Source of the DNA: Pedobacter sp.
GTDB lineage: Bacteria; Desulfobacterota; Desulfuromonadia; Desulfuromonadales; Syntrophotaleaceae
Length of the DNA: 64,000 bases
Direction of reading: 5' to 3'
NCBI GenBank assembly: GCA_050253415.1
Contig: JBFWJC010000006.1
Location: 1-64,000 of the forward strand
Part shown: positions 19,835 through 28,580 of the stretch, one piece after another
Layout: every line of letters starts with the position of its first letter
How positions within the stretch are numbered: the stretch's first letter is position 1
Translations under genes and position numbers: made by a program
Notes under the pieces: generated by a model
The model's input: only the letters and a program-made list of their open reading frames with translations
What the model was told of the DNA's origin: nothing
The model's database searches: none

Positions 19835-21229
19835 CTAGGGATTAATACATTGAATAGCCGTACGAAGCGCCTCGCACCGGTCAACAAAGTTTTCAGGATT
19901 AAAGACATCAACTTGCAGAGTGTATCCATTTTCCGTGTTTTTGAAAAAGAAAACCATGTTGCGAATGGAACACTTGCCATTCGTATCAAGAGCGGCAGCA
20001 AGTGATGTCTTTAATGGCCATTCGGCATTGGGATCGATACAGGCATTAAGTTGATTAAGGCTGATCATGCGTGCAGGATCATAGTACCCATCGTCGACGC
20101 CATTAAAACTGACGCTTCCAGACACGAGGCCGTCCCCCGAAGGATTTGAAGCGGACTGCTGCGTACCATTTAAAGAACCTGAGGCCTTCCCTACCCCTGC
20201 AAGAACCGGCATTTCAACACCCTTCGTGCCTCCAATCATGCCAACTCTTTCGCCAACGCTGCGCTTAGTGCCGGAGGGCGTACCTGCAGAAGTAACGCCC
20301 TTATTCAGCGGATCGGTAAAATCACCACCAACCCTGGCCGCACTGCGAATGGAAATATCCGTACCAGCGTTTCCAGCCACAAAGGTCTTTGCGCTACCAT
20401 TACCCCGCATGCTTTGTGTCGAATGAGCAATTTTAAAGTTTTTCTGCATTCCGCCAGTCGATGGCAGATCAACATTTGTACCGGATGCCACAGCAAGACC
20501 AGATTGTTTGCGTTTAGGCAATGCCGTGGCCGAAACAGCGGGGGTTTGTTCATAACGATCGCCCAAACTGGTTGATGCAACAAGGGTATCCTGTTGGCTG
20601 CGCGGAGCAAATGACGTCGATATCTTTCCATCAGGCACAGGGCCAGCCACAACCTTGGATTCCTGATACTGGCGGGTAACGGAGCGCGGACCAGGCAAAA
20701 CCGTTTTCTCGACGGTCTGTTCAGGCAAGGCCACAACCCTTGTTGGTAGTTTGGATACCGTCTTTTTGGGAGGAGCCAGCACCACAGGCGGTGGAGGTTC
20801 TACAGGCTTTGGCAATGGAAGGACGACGGGTTTATTCTGAGATAATTCAGGTTGAGGAACAGGTGCGACCTTGGGTTCCACGATGGGAGGCAAAACAGCA
20901 GCCGGTTCTTCCAAAACCATGGCAAGAATTTCAAGTGGAGGTTGTTCCTCCTGTTCAATCACAGGCAGATATAAACTTGCCAAACCAAAAAGGATAATCA
21001 TGCATAAGGAAACCGCAAAAACCAAAAAGACCTGTAAAGCCGGCAAGTCTCGTTTCACCAAGGCGGACCACATGGACCAAAAACCCAAATGCGCCCCGTA
21101 ACACCGACGCTCCATGGGAGTGGTTTGGTGCGGCAACCCCCTTCGATCATCGAAGATATCTATCGTGGCACGTGGTTGGGGAATGTTACAAACCCCCCAA
21201 CCATAAAGACTTTCCTTCAAAAAGATCAT
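19835..21229 (-). CDS. Atypical TonB/TolA-like single-pass energy-transducer candidate
   Basis: One TM helix (VFLVFAVSLCMIILFGLASLY), a Pro-rich spacer (PPIVEPKVAPVPQPE...PKPVEPPPPV), a Gly/Ser-rich linker and a C-terminal domain with four Cys; ATGA-coupled to the exbD-like gene. Confidence 0.65.
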   Translation of the reverse strand: MIFLKESLYGWGVCNIPQPRATIDIFDDRRGLPHQTTPMERRCYGAHLGFWSMWSALVKRDLPALQVFLVFAVSLCMIILFGLASLYLPVIEQEEQPPLEILAMVLEEPAAVLPPIVEPKVAPVPQPELSQNKPVVLPLPKPVEPPPPVVLAPPKKTVSKLPTRVVALPEQTVEKTVLPGPRSVTRQYQESKVVAGPVPDGKISTSFAPRSQQDTLVASTSLGDRYEQTPAVSATALPKRKQSGLAVASGTNVDLPSTGGMQKNFKIAHSTQSMRGNGSAKTFVAGNAGTDISIRSAARVGGDFTDPLNKGVTSAGTPSGTKRSVGERVGMIGGTKGVEMPVLAGVGKASGSLNGTQQSASNPSGDGLVSGSVSFNGVDDGYYDPARMISLNQLNACIDPNAEWPLKTSLAAALDTNGKCSIRNMVFFFKNTENGYTLQVDVFNPENFVDRCEALRTAIQCINP

Positions 21230-21702
21230 GGTTCAGAATCTCCAGCGACCGTTTCGGCTTCTACAACGGTGCGACTACCATCGGTCCAAACCTTAGCTAT
21301 GACGCCGGCCGCGTAAAGGAAATCCTGACTAAGTGAAGTTTTTTCAGGAAGCAGCATAGGGCGTATATTGCGCTGCTTCAGAGCAAGTACTTCCGGCAAC
21401 AACTGTTCCTTGGTAAGGATTTTATCCTCGTTTCCGGAGACGGTTTTCCCCATGCCAGCCTTAAGCATACGATACGGCGTGGGATGCTTTTCAGATACAG
21501 CAAACACCTGCAACTCCCAGGCTTCCTGCACCTTGGCAACGGGCTCCATGAGTCCGTGTTCCGGGACAACTGGAACATCCATTTCCGCTAGTTTTATCGT
21601 GATATTATCTGGTGCGCTCGGTATCAGGCTGAGGCTTATCAGCAGCAGAAAAGCCAGATCGGTAAAAGAAAATAGCCAGGTTTGGCTGTTCTTCATTTTC
21701 AT
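21226..21702 (-). CDS. ExbD/TolR/MotB-like motor B subunit
   Basis: N-terminal TM WLFSFTDLAFLLLISL carries the conserved Asp. The small ExbD-like periplasmic domain has no OmpA-type peptidoglycan-binding motif. Confidence 0.75.
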   Translation of the reverse strand: MKMKNSQTWLFSFTDLAFLLLISLSLIPSAPDNITIKLAEMDVPVVPEHGLMEPVAKVQEAWELQVFAVSEKHPTPYRMLKAGMGKTVSGNEDKILTKEQLLPEVLALKQRNIRPMLLPEKTSLSQDFLYAAGVIAKVWTDGSRTVVEAETVAGDSEP

Positions 21703-21716
21703 AACAGTCACCGATC

Positions 21717-22388
21717 CTAAATATCTGAAGAATCGTCTGCCAGTTGCACAATGGCAGCCAATCCCTCATCAATTCGTCTATGCGCCAGGGCATAAAAGAC
21801 TTTACGCATGAATTCCAGGAAGGTGAAACAGATAAGAGCAATAAAAGTCGTATAAAGAGCGGTAGCGATACCGGCTACGGTAACCTCGCTGTTAAGCGTT
21901 CCTGAGTTTGATAGAAAATGCACGACCATCCCGATAATGGTTCCAATAAACCCCATAGGAGGCATTAAGTTGGCCATCATCCCAACGGGATCCAAAAACT
22001 TTTCTTCGAAATAACGCTCGCTGAACTGAAAAGCAGCATCCCGAATAAAAGCATCCGGAGGGATTACCTTGTCAGCGGTGCCACGCTGTTGCTCCTGCTC
22101 ATAATGCAACTTGGTACGTGCAAAAAAAGAAGCGGAAATCAGCGCAAGAGGCATAGAAATATCGGCTGTCATATTGTACAGCGATTTACGACTTTTAAGT
22201 TTGCTGAAATCGTAAAATGACAATGCCCGAAAGGACTGAAAGGATTTAATGAGAGCAAAACCGAAAATGCAGGCCATAATCAGGTAAACGATTAGCTGCA
22301 ACAGCCCTGAATAGCTATTAATCAAATAGGTCAGGACATCAATAATACCGTTGGACAATACGTTAAAGATGCTTTCTTGCTGTGGCAT
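21717..22388 (-). CDS. MotA/TolQ/ExbB proton-channel family protein
   Basis: Three TM segments; MPPMGFIGTIIGM and GIATALYTT channel motifs; GAGGTG SD. Confidence 0.88.
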   Translation of the reverse strand: MPQQESIFNVLSNGIIDVLTYLINSYSGLLQLIVYLIMACIFGFALIKSFQSFRALSFYDFSKLKSRKSLYNMTADISMPLALISASFFARTKLHYEQEQQRGTADKVIPPDAFIRDAAFQFSERYFEEKFLDPVGMMANLMPPMGFIGTIIGMVVHFLSNSGTLNSEVTVAGIATALYTTFIALICFTFLEFMRKVFYALAHRRIDEGLAAIVQLADDSSDI

Positions 22389-22435
22389 ATACATCACCTC
22401 TGAAATTTTCCAAAATTATCCCCCTGGATTGTACT

Positions 22436-22978
22436 TCAGGGGGTGAGCAGTTTTATTTCAAGTTTAGCTGCACCATCTGCCAGACGGGAACATCCCATTT
22501 CCGCCGGGTCGACGACGGCATTCAGAATGGAGCTATCTTTTTTATAACGTTTATTGAAAGTCTTCAGAAGTTTTATAGCACGACGATCCTGTCCGGTTTC
22601 CTCATAGATGGAAGCACTTAAAAGGGTCACTTTCGCAACATCAAGGCGGGTTTCGACATGTTCTTGCGCCTCACTATCCTGAATGATAGGCATGGCGTAA
22701 AGTTCTACGTATTTCTGGACTTCGCAGCAGAACTCCTTTCCGCTACAGGCTTGTTGCGCCTCTTCCGGAGTCATTCGCCGATGCGATTCCAGTTCTTTGG
22801 CAGTGAGGCGAAAAACTTTCAGATTTTGTCTGACATTATCCAGATAGATTTTTTTCTGGGGAATGGTCATATGGCCCAGCACGGGTTCTTTCGGCCAATC
22901 AGCCTTATTGCAGGCACAACAGCCCGAGAGTGCCAGAATCAAAACCGATAGCGCAAGGAAAAGGACGTGTTTTCTCAT
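22436..22978 (-). CDS. Cys-rich lipoprotein with a TPR-like C-terminal helix pair
   Basis: ATG at 22978 follows GAAGGAG. Lipobox LALSG-C; TPR-like SASIYEETGQDRRAIKLLKTFNKRY. Confidence 0.75.
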   Translation of the reverse strand: MRKHVLFLALSVLILALSGCCACNKADWPKEPVLGHMTIPQKKIYLDNVRQNLKVFRLTAKELESHRRMTPEEAQQACSGKEFCCEVQKYVELYAMPIIQDSEAQEHVETRLDVAKVTLLSASIYEETGQDRRAIKLLKTFNKRYKKDSSILNAVVDPAEMGCSRLADGAAKLEIKLLTP

Positions 22979-23130
22979 GCATGACTCCTTCAAGGTTACA
23001 CATAATTGAAGTAAACCAGATATTTCTGGCATTTCCACATCAAGGTTACGACATAAAGACCATGATGAAAGTTTCCTTAAGTACCAAGTCTGATGAAAAA
23101 TCAGATATTGGCTGGACGAAGCAGAGCCTA

Positions 23131-23610
23131 TCAAGGACAACCAACTGCATTCACCGGAACATTGAAAGGCGTATCCGGGCAATGATCAAGTCGATCTTCA
23201 AAGCCACCCGAGTCGCTATCGCCTCGTGTCGGTGCCGGGCAACCAGCAGCAGTGCCACTGTGCCCCCAATTGAATCAGGACACAGAGGTAGGCACACCGT
23301 CACGATCGGTATCGCGGGAACAACCACGGCGAGTGACCGGTACCCCCGGAGGGGTTTCAAGGCATCGATCTACGACGTCAAGGATGCCATCTTCATCCGC
23401 ATCCAGATATGCCCTGGTTCCCCTGGGTGTTCCCAGTTGAAAAAACAGGCCGGCTGAGCACAGTCATTTCCATCAGGTGTCAGGAGCACGACCGTTGTCG
23501 CCGACATTAATATCAAGAATGGGACGTATATCGCCCCGTAAAGCGATGTCTTGGGTTATAAAATACTTGAGGCCACCACCAAATGCGAATTGAAAACCAT
23601 CATCGGAGGA
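23131..23610 (-). pseudogene. Decayed OmpA/OprF-like gene: last beta-barrel strands plus thrombospondin type-3 (DxDxDG) repeats
   Basis: Manual translation gives FQFAFGGGLKYFITQDIALRGDIR...*WK*LCSAGLFFQLG...DADEDGILDVVDRCLETPPGVPVTRRGC.RDTDRDGVP...*...DSDSGGFEDRLDHCPDTPFNVPVNAVGCP*. There are three internal stops, LCPDSIGGTV lies in a shifted frame, and there is no start codon or OmpA C-terminal domain. Confidence 0.8.
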
Positions 23611-23778
23611 AACTATTTATAACACGACAATGAGTTGCCCCCAAGAATTGTTGTAAAGGTAACCGCACATATCCAGAAGTCAGCTGAATTCTAATTCAAA
23701 TAAACAAAATTGATATATTTTACTCAGCAAAAATCACACCATCCATGGATAATACCAAAAAAACCTTATCTGTCTTGA

Positions 23779-25932
23779 TTACATCCCCGACGAGGCCTGT
23801 CCAGCGACACGGGGTTGCCCTGCTGGAGCTTGCCTTCTCATATCGGTCAAAACACCGAATGCCTCCCCGATATACAAGTCATCCGCTATCTCCTCATCCA
23901 ACTGATTGCCTCCATGTTTATTCTGTGGAGCATCCGTTCCGAAGAGACCGGTGTCAACAATATCTCTCCTTGATTCCCTTTCCAGTAAGACAGAAGCCAA
24001 CTCAAGGGGACGAAGCGTTTCGTGGCTCCTTTGCAGATTACGTCGGGTTTCTGCGACAAGGGAATCAAAGAGATGACCTTTTTCGACCCTCTGCTGGCTC
24101 AAATGGCGGAGTCGGGAAACATCGGCACCCATATCCCAGCGCTGGAAGGGAACGGCGGTAACGATATCCCAAGGCAATGCATACTCTATATACTTTTCCC
24201 CTGATTCGAGAAAAGCCAAACGATCAGGTAACTCAATATCAGGCTTAACACCCTTAACCTGGGTAGAGCCACCATTGATACGATAAAACTTCTGAACGGT
24301 AATTTTTAAGGCCCCTAACGGTTTAAGCTTTTCCAAAGGGCCATATACCAAGGGTTGATCCATGTCGAAAATAGCTTGAACCGTGCCCTTGCCGTGCGTC
24401 CCCCCTCCTCCTACCACAACGCCTCGCCCATAATCCTGAATGGCGCCAGCTACAATTTCAGAAGCAGATGCACTGAAACGATTCACCAGAACTACCAATG
24501 GCCCCGTATAGGCGATCCCCGGATCCTCATCCTCAAAAACACTGATATTACCGTCGCTATTTTTTACCTGAACAACGGGACCCTTTGAAATGAAAAGACC
24601 AGCAACGCTGATGGCATCCGACAAAGACCCACCCCCATTGTTCCTTAGATCCAGAACAAGACCGGCAATCCCTTGCTTAGTTAAAGTGGCGAGTTCAGTA
24701 CGCACATCATCGGTAACATTTCTAGCGGTTTTTCCACCACGACTACCTTGAAAATCCCTATAAAAAGAGGGAATACGCAAATATCCATAAACCTGCCCCG
24801 GCATTCCGGGAATGGGTACTGTCGTACTCTTGGCAAAACCTTCCTCGATTTCAACAACGTCACGCGTAATGGCTATGACCTGTTCTCGACCAGTCGGTTT
24901 TTGAATGGTGAGACGTACTACTGTACCTTTTTTTCCTCTGATCAATTGAACCGCGTCGCGTAAGCGTGTCTCAGTAACATCAATAGGGTCCTGATCCCCC
25001 TCACCTACTTTTACAATGGTATCTTCAGCAGACAATTGCCCCTGTTTGGCAGCCGGGCTGCCAGGGATTATTTCTACTACCCGGATAAATCCATCATCTT
25101 CTCGCAGCGTCGCACCAATCCCCTCAAGGGAACCTTTCATATAAATTTCAAAATCTTCAAGGGCATCCGGAGCCATATAAGCTGAATGAGGGTCATACGC
25201 TCGCACAAAGGCATTAATGAAACGATCATAATGGTCCTGTTCTGTTTGTTCTAACAGACGGGTCAGTAAATGCTGAATACTTCGTCGAACTTTCTGACTG
25301 GCCTCTTGAAGCAAAACTTTGTCGGTACGCGTATCAGTATATTCATCATCCTTTTTATTTGTAGAAGGATGATTTGAATCCCGCTCTTCCAAAAGCTGAA
25401 CATAACGCATCAAAACCTGATATTTAAGAATCTGGTGCCAGCGTTTTTGGAGCTCGATATCATCTTTTGCGTAACCTATCTTGTCCGGATCTGTTTCAAA
25501 AAACTCCTTACGCTTAAAGTCAAATCCGTTGTCAAGAATTTCAGGCACCATGTCTACGACGGTTTCAATTCGCAGTCGCAGCAAACGCGCACCGATGCGT
25601 GGCAACAGAAGATCCCCATTCACGATGGCGTCGTCAATAGTATGTCTATACTGCCGCAACTGATCCATATCAGATTGAGTAAGAAATCGCTTTTGGGAAT
25701 CAAGTTGCTGCACATACAAATCAAAGGCCGCTTCAGACAAAGTATCGTCGAGTGCCTTATGGCTGAAGTGGTTAACAGTCATTTGCTGTCGAATCAAATG
25801 TGTCAAAAGTCTGGTTCTCAGACGAACAAGATCTTCGGGATTCTCCTGCGATGAGGGACCGGCCCAGGAACCGGTAACCGCCACGAGCAAAACAACAGCA
25901 AGCAGGTAAAATCGAATTTTTTTAAATTTCAT
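23779..25932 (-). CDS. prc: Tail-specific (C-terminal processing) protease Prc/Tsp, S41
   Basis: Signal peptide, YDPHSAY, PDZ (GIGATL), DLRNNGGG, SASASEI, GKGTVQ, KFYRINGGSTQ, ALPWD. Confidence 0.93.
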   Translation of the reverse strand: MKFKKIRFYLLAVVLLVAVTGSWAGPSSQENPEDLVRLRTRLLTHLIRQQMTVNHFSHKALDDTLSEAAFDLYVQQLDSQKRFLTQSDMDQLRQYRHTIDDAIVNGDLLLPRIGARLLRLRIETVVDMVPEILDNGFDFKRKEFFETDPDKIGYAKDDIELQKRWHQILKYQVLMRYVQLLEERDSNHPSTNKKDDEYTDTRTDKVLLQEASQKVRRSIQHLLTRLLEQTEQDHYDRFINAFVRAYDPHSAYMAPDALEDFEIYMKGSLEGIGATLREDDGFIRVVEIIPGSPAAKQGQLSAEDTIVKVGEGDQDPIDVTETRLRDAVQLIRGKKGTVVRLTIQKPTGREQVIAITRDVVEIEEGFAKSTTVPIPGMPGQVYGYLRIPSFYRDFQGSRGGKTARNVTDDVRTELATLTKQGIAGLVLDLRNNGGGSLSDAISVAGLFISKGPVVQVKNSDGNISVFEDEDPGIAYTGPLVVLVNRFSASASEIVAGAIQDYGRGVVVGGGGTHGKGTVQAIFDMDQPLVYGPLEKLKPLGALKITVQKFYRINGGSTQVKGVKPDIELPDRLAFLESGEKYIEYALPWDIVTAVPFQRWDMGADVSRLRHLSQQRVEKGHLFDSLVAETRRNLQRSHETLRPLELASVLLERESRRDIVDTGLFGTDAPQNKHGGNQLDEEIADDLYIGEAFGVLTDMRRQAPAGQPRVAGQASSGM

Positions 25933-26345
25933 CAAGGCTCATCTTTCAGATAGCCCCAAAACCGTGGGGAAAAATAAACGGGTAAACGATTGTTTGTAAA
26001 ACGGGACGCAGGGCCACCCCCAGCAATCCCTTGTAATATTTGATAAAGACTTTTTGCAAGAAACGTGGAACTTCATTTTGAACTCGCGGCAAGGTTCATT
26101 CCTGACGACCATTCAAAGCATACAATACCTTGCTAACCCACTTGTGTGCAATATTACCTGTTTAAAATGTCGTTTAAAGGTGACCTGACAAAAACTTCTA
26201 TAAATACCGCTCATTGGAAAACTCTGTATTTATGTATTCTTCAGTTTCAAACAACGCAGACAATCGGATACTTGACTGCGCCAAAGAGGCTGATAAAGTC
26301 TCAAACGACTCGATAACTTTAATGGATGGAATCAGGGGGGATGTT

Positions 26346-26867
26346 ATGAAGGCTCGGTTTGTCAGCACCATGGTAGCCCTTTCGTTGGCTTTACTGTCGG
26401 GGTGTAAAAGTGAACGTCCGGACCCTGCAGAGACCAATGTGGAAGCGTCTTTAACACGACCGCCAGCAAATGGCGCTGCTATTATTACGCATATTACCGA
26501 GGAAAATGATTACCGGCAATGGCCACTCTACCCGGATAAGGGAGTGCTGTATCCTGGGAAACACCCCCATGGATCGCTGCTGATAACCTATGTATCTCCC
26601 AAGACACTGCTTGCATTAGAGAGCAAGCAAGGTCGGTTACCGGATGGGACGATCATTGTCAAAGAAAACTATAACCTTCAGAATAAGCTACAGGCAACAA
26701 CTGTGATGTATCGCCTGGACGGATATAATCCCGAAGATGGAGACTGGTTCTGGCTGAAATATGCACCGGACCAAACCATCCTGGAGGAAGGCAAACTTGA
26801 AGGGTGCATAAAGTGTCATCAAACGGTAAAAAGCAATGATTGGATTTTTTCTGGGAAGGTAAAGTAA
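26346..26867 (+). CDS. Cytochrome P460-family c-type cytochrome, lipoprotein
   Basis: Lipobox LLSG-C; YRQW, PDGTIIVKENY, GDWFW and a single C-terminal CIKCH followed by DWIF. Confidence 0.85.
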   Translation: MKARFVSTMVALSLALLSGCKSERPDPAETNVEASLTRPPANGAAIITHITEENDYRQWPLYPDKGVLYPGKHPHGSLLITYVSPKTLLALESKQGRLPDGTIIVKENYNLQNKLQATTVMYRLDGYNPEDGDWFWLKYAPDQTILEEGKLEGCIKCHQTVKSNDWIFSGKVK

Positions 26868-27141
26868 ATTCATCCATCTGGATGTTTTATACTCTTCCAA
26901 TATCTCAAGCTTGCGTTCCTCGTTTAACCGGGATCGATTCCTCTGAGATATTCAGGGTCGCACCGTGTGGAAATGTTCCAACATCATTCTTCCCCGAAAG
27001 GCGAATTTTGTGACCACCGCAACAGGCCCCCTGCCCCACATTGCATGACGTAACCACTGGGAACCCTTACCCGGAATTGGAATACAAGCCCATGTTAAAG
27101 TTTACAGTCGTTGCAAAAAGCCACCTTTTTCGCTTCATATG

Positions 27142-27720
27142 CTAATTGCATCGAGAAAGATTTTTACCCAAGGAACGGGCTTTTTCGAGAGGCAGTAACT
27201 CTAAAGAAGGAACGACATCAGGATGAGCGGAAACGACACCTGCAAGCTTAAAGCCTCCTTTACTCAGGACTTGCAATAAGGAAGACCTTTCCGGGATTAG
27301 TTTATCAGGGTGTTTTATTGTTATTTCGTCTAACCCGTCATGGGAAACGATCACCACAGATCTTCCCTTACGCCATGGACAAAACTCTCCTTGCCGATTT
27401 TGAAAAGCCAAATACCCGTCAATGCGGTCCAATAAGGTGTTCAGCTTTAAACTAGGTTTTTCTAAAGAGGTACTTAGACCGATCACCAAGGCATCCGCAT
27501 CAAAGATCATACGACCGACACGTTGCGCATCGTCTTCCGACAATGTGCATTCGCCATATGGAAGACATTTGAAGCATTTTTTGCATGGTGCCACCAATAA
27601 CTCCTGCACATTGACCCATTCAATTTCATGGGGAATGGATATCCCATCACAAACACACTTGAGCAACGTGAATTCCGGTGCCTGTTTGTTAGAACAATCA
27701 CTTAGAATAACAGCTGTCAT
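27142..27720 (-). CDS. Iron-sulfur flavoprotein (Isf)/flavodoxin-like fold protein, degenerate
   Basis: PCKKCFKCLPYGEC..EDD (Cx2Cx2Cx5C), ADALVIG, LLDR; AGAGAGGG SD before ATG 27720. Confidence 0.75.
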   Translation of the reverse strand: MTAVILSDCSNKQAPEFTLLKCVCDGISIPHEIEWVNVQELLVAPCKKCFKCLPYGECTLSEDDAQRVGRMIFDADALVIGLSTSLEKPSLKLNTLLDRIDGYLAFQNRQGEFCPWRKGRSVVIVSHDGLDEITIKHPDKLIPERSSLLQVLSKGGFKLAGVVSAHPDVVPSLELLPLEKARSLGKNLSRCN

Positions 27721-27753
27721 TAATCCCTCTCTTGCTATAGATATCAACACCTG

Positions 27754-27794
27754 TAAAATGATTATCATTATAATGCTGAAATTTGCATGTGCAA
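27754..27794 (-). promoter_or_regulatory. sigma70 promoter overlapped by a Fur-family box
   Basis: On the minus strand, TTGCAC-N16-TATAAT. TATAATGATAATCATTTTA matches the 19-bp Fur consensus GATAATGATAATCATTATC at 16/19. Confidence 0.7.
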
Positions 27795-28280
27795 CAGTCA
27801 ACCTTGCTTTTTAACATTTCTACGGTAAGTCTTATTTGTTTACCAAATTAATAGGATTATTATTGAGCGATGCCCCTTCTTGGCCAAAAGCAAAGAGTTT
27901 AGCTTTTTTGACAAAATCATTATTTCCCAAAGCGGTGCTTACATGCCTGGGCTAACTTTTTCTTGTGTTTTTTACAATACAGATAAATTCATGAAGCCAG
28001 GGAGCAGAACCGGTTCCGTCCATGGCAATCACCAAAATACCTATCTCGGAGATGAGGATAAATATGGAATAGATAAAACAGGCAGGCATAAAATGTATAA
28101 ATAACCGAGAAGTAGAAGCCAATATTAAGGAAGGGCCATGACTAGTTAAGCGGATTTATCCCTCTTTCAATATCCTGAGGTTTTTTTGCAATACGTGCAA
28201 TTCATCCACAATATATACATGTGGTTAAATCTGTAGTACGCCTGTCTTTCGAGACAATGTTGAAAATTTCTTTTATTCCG

Positions 28281-28451
28281 TTAACTTCGTCCAGAACTTC
28301 TGAAGGCTCCTGGACCAAAGCCGCGCACAATGACACGCTCTCGTTTAGGGGATTGCTTGCAAACCAGCGCAAGCTTTTGAAGGATGCGAAGGAAAAAGTT
28401 TATGTTTTTTTTGGGCGGCTTTTTGAACGGTATTACTTTACATTTTCCCAT
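28281..28451 (-). CDS. Small basic hypothetical protein (56 aa)
   Basis: GGAGGT SD 4 nt before ATG 28451; MGKCKVIPFKKPPKKNINFFLRILQKL... Confidence 0.5.
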   Translation of the reverse strand: MGKCKVIPFKKPPKKNINFFLRILQKLALVCKQSPKRERVIVRGFGPGAFRSSGRS

Positions 28452-28580
28452 GATTACCTCCAGACTAAAAATTGATATTGAGGCCCACGGATTCAGACTG
28501 TCCACAAGTCCCTTTACTATAGATATAGTTCAATTGATAAAAATGGCAAGCCCAAGTTTCTGATAGCAATGGTTTCGTAA

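Noticed and set aside
21226..22388. Zorya (ZorAB) anti-phage system or flagellar stator
   Set aside because: The A subunit has no long cytoplasmic tail, the B subunit has no OmpA-like peptidoglycan-binding domain, and there are no helicase, nuclease or flagellar genes nearby.
23131..23610. TGA recoding (Sec/Trp) rescuing the OmpA/TSP3 frame, since all internal stops are TGA
   Set aside because: There is also a frameshifted segment, an upstream in-frame TAA and no start codon or signal peptide. TGA is a normal stop in many genes of this window.
25978..26030. c-di-GMP-I (GEMM) riboswitch-like GGGTAAAC...GGGACGCA
   Set aside because: The AAA after GACGC and the second hairpin with its tetraloop receptor are missing; an Infernal scan would be needed to revive it.
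26870..27140. Cys-containing short frames possibly from a transposase or other gene remnant
   Set aside because: No frame gives a convincing family motif, and no inverted repeats were seen.
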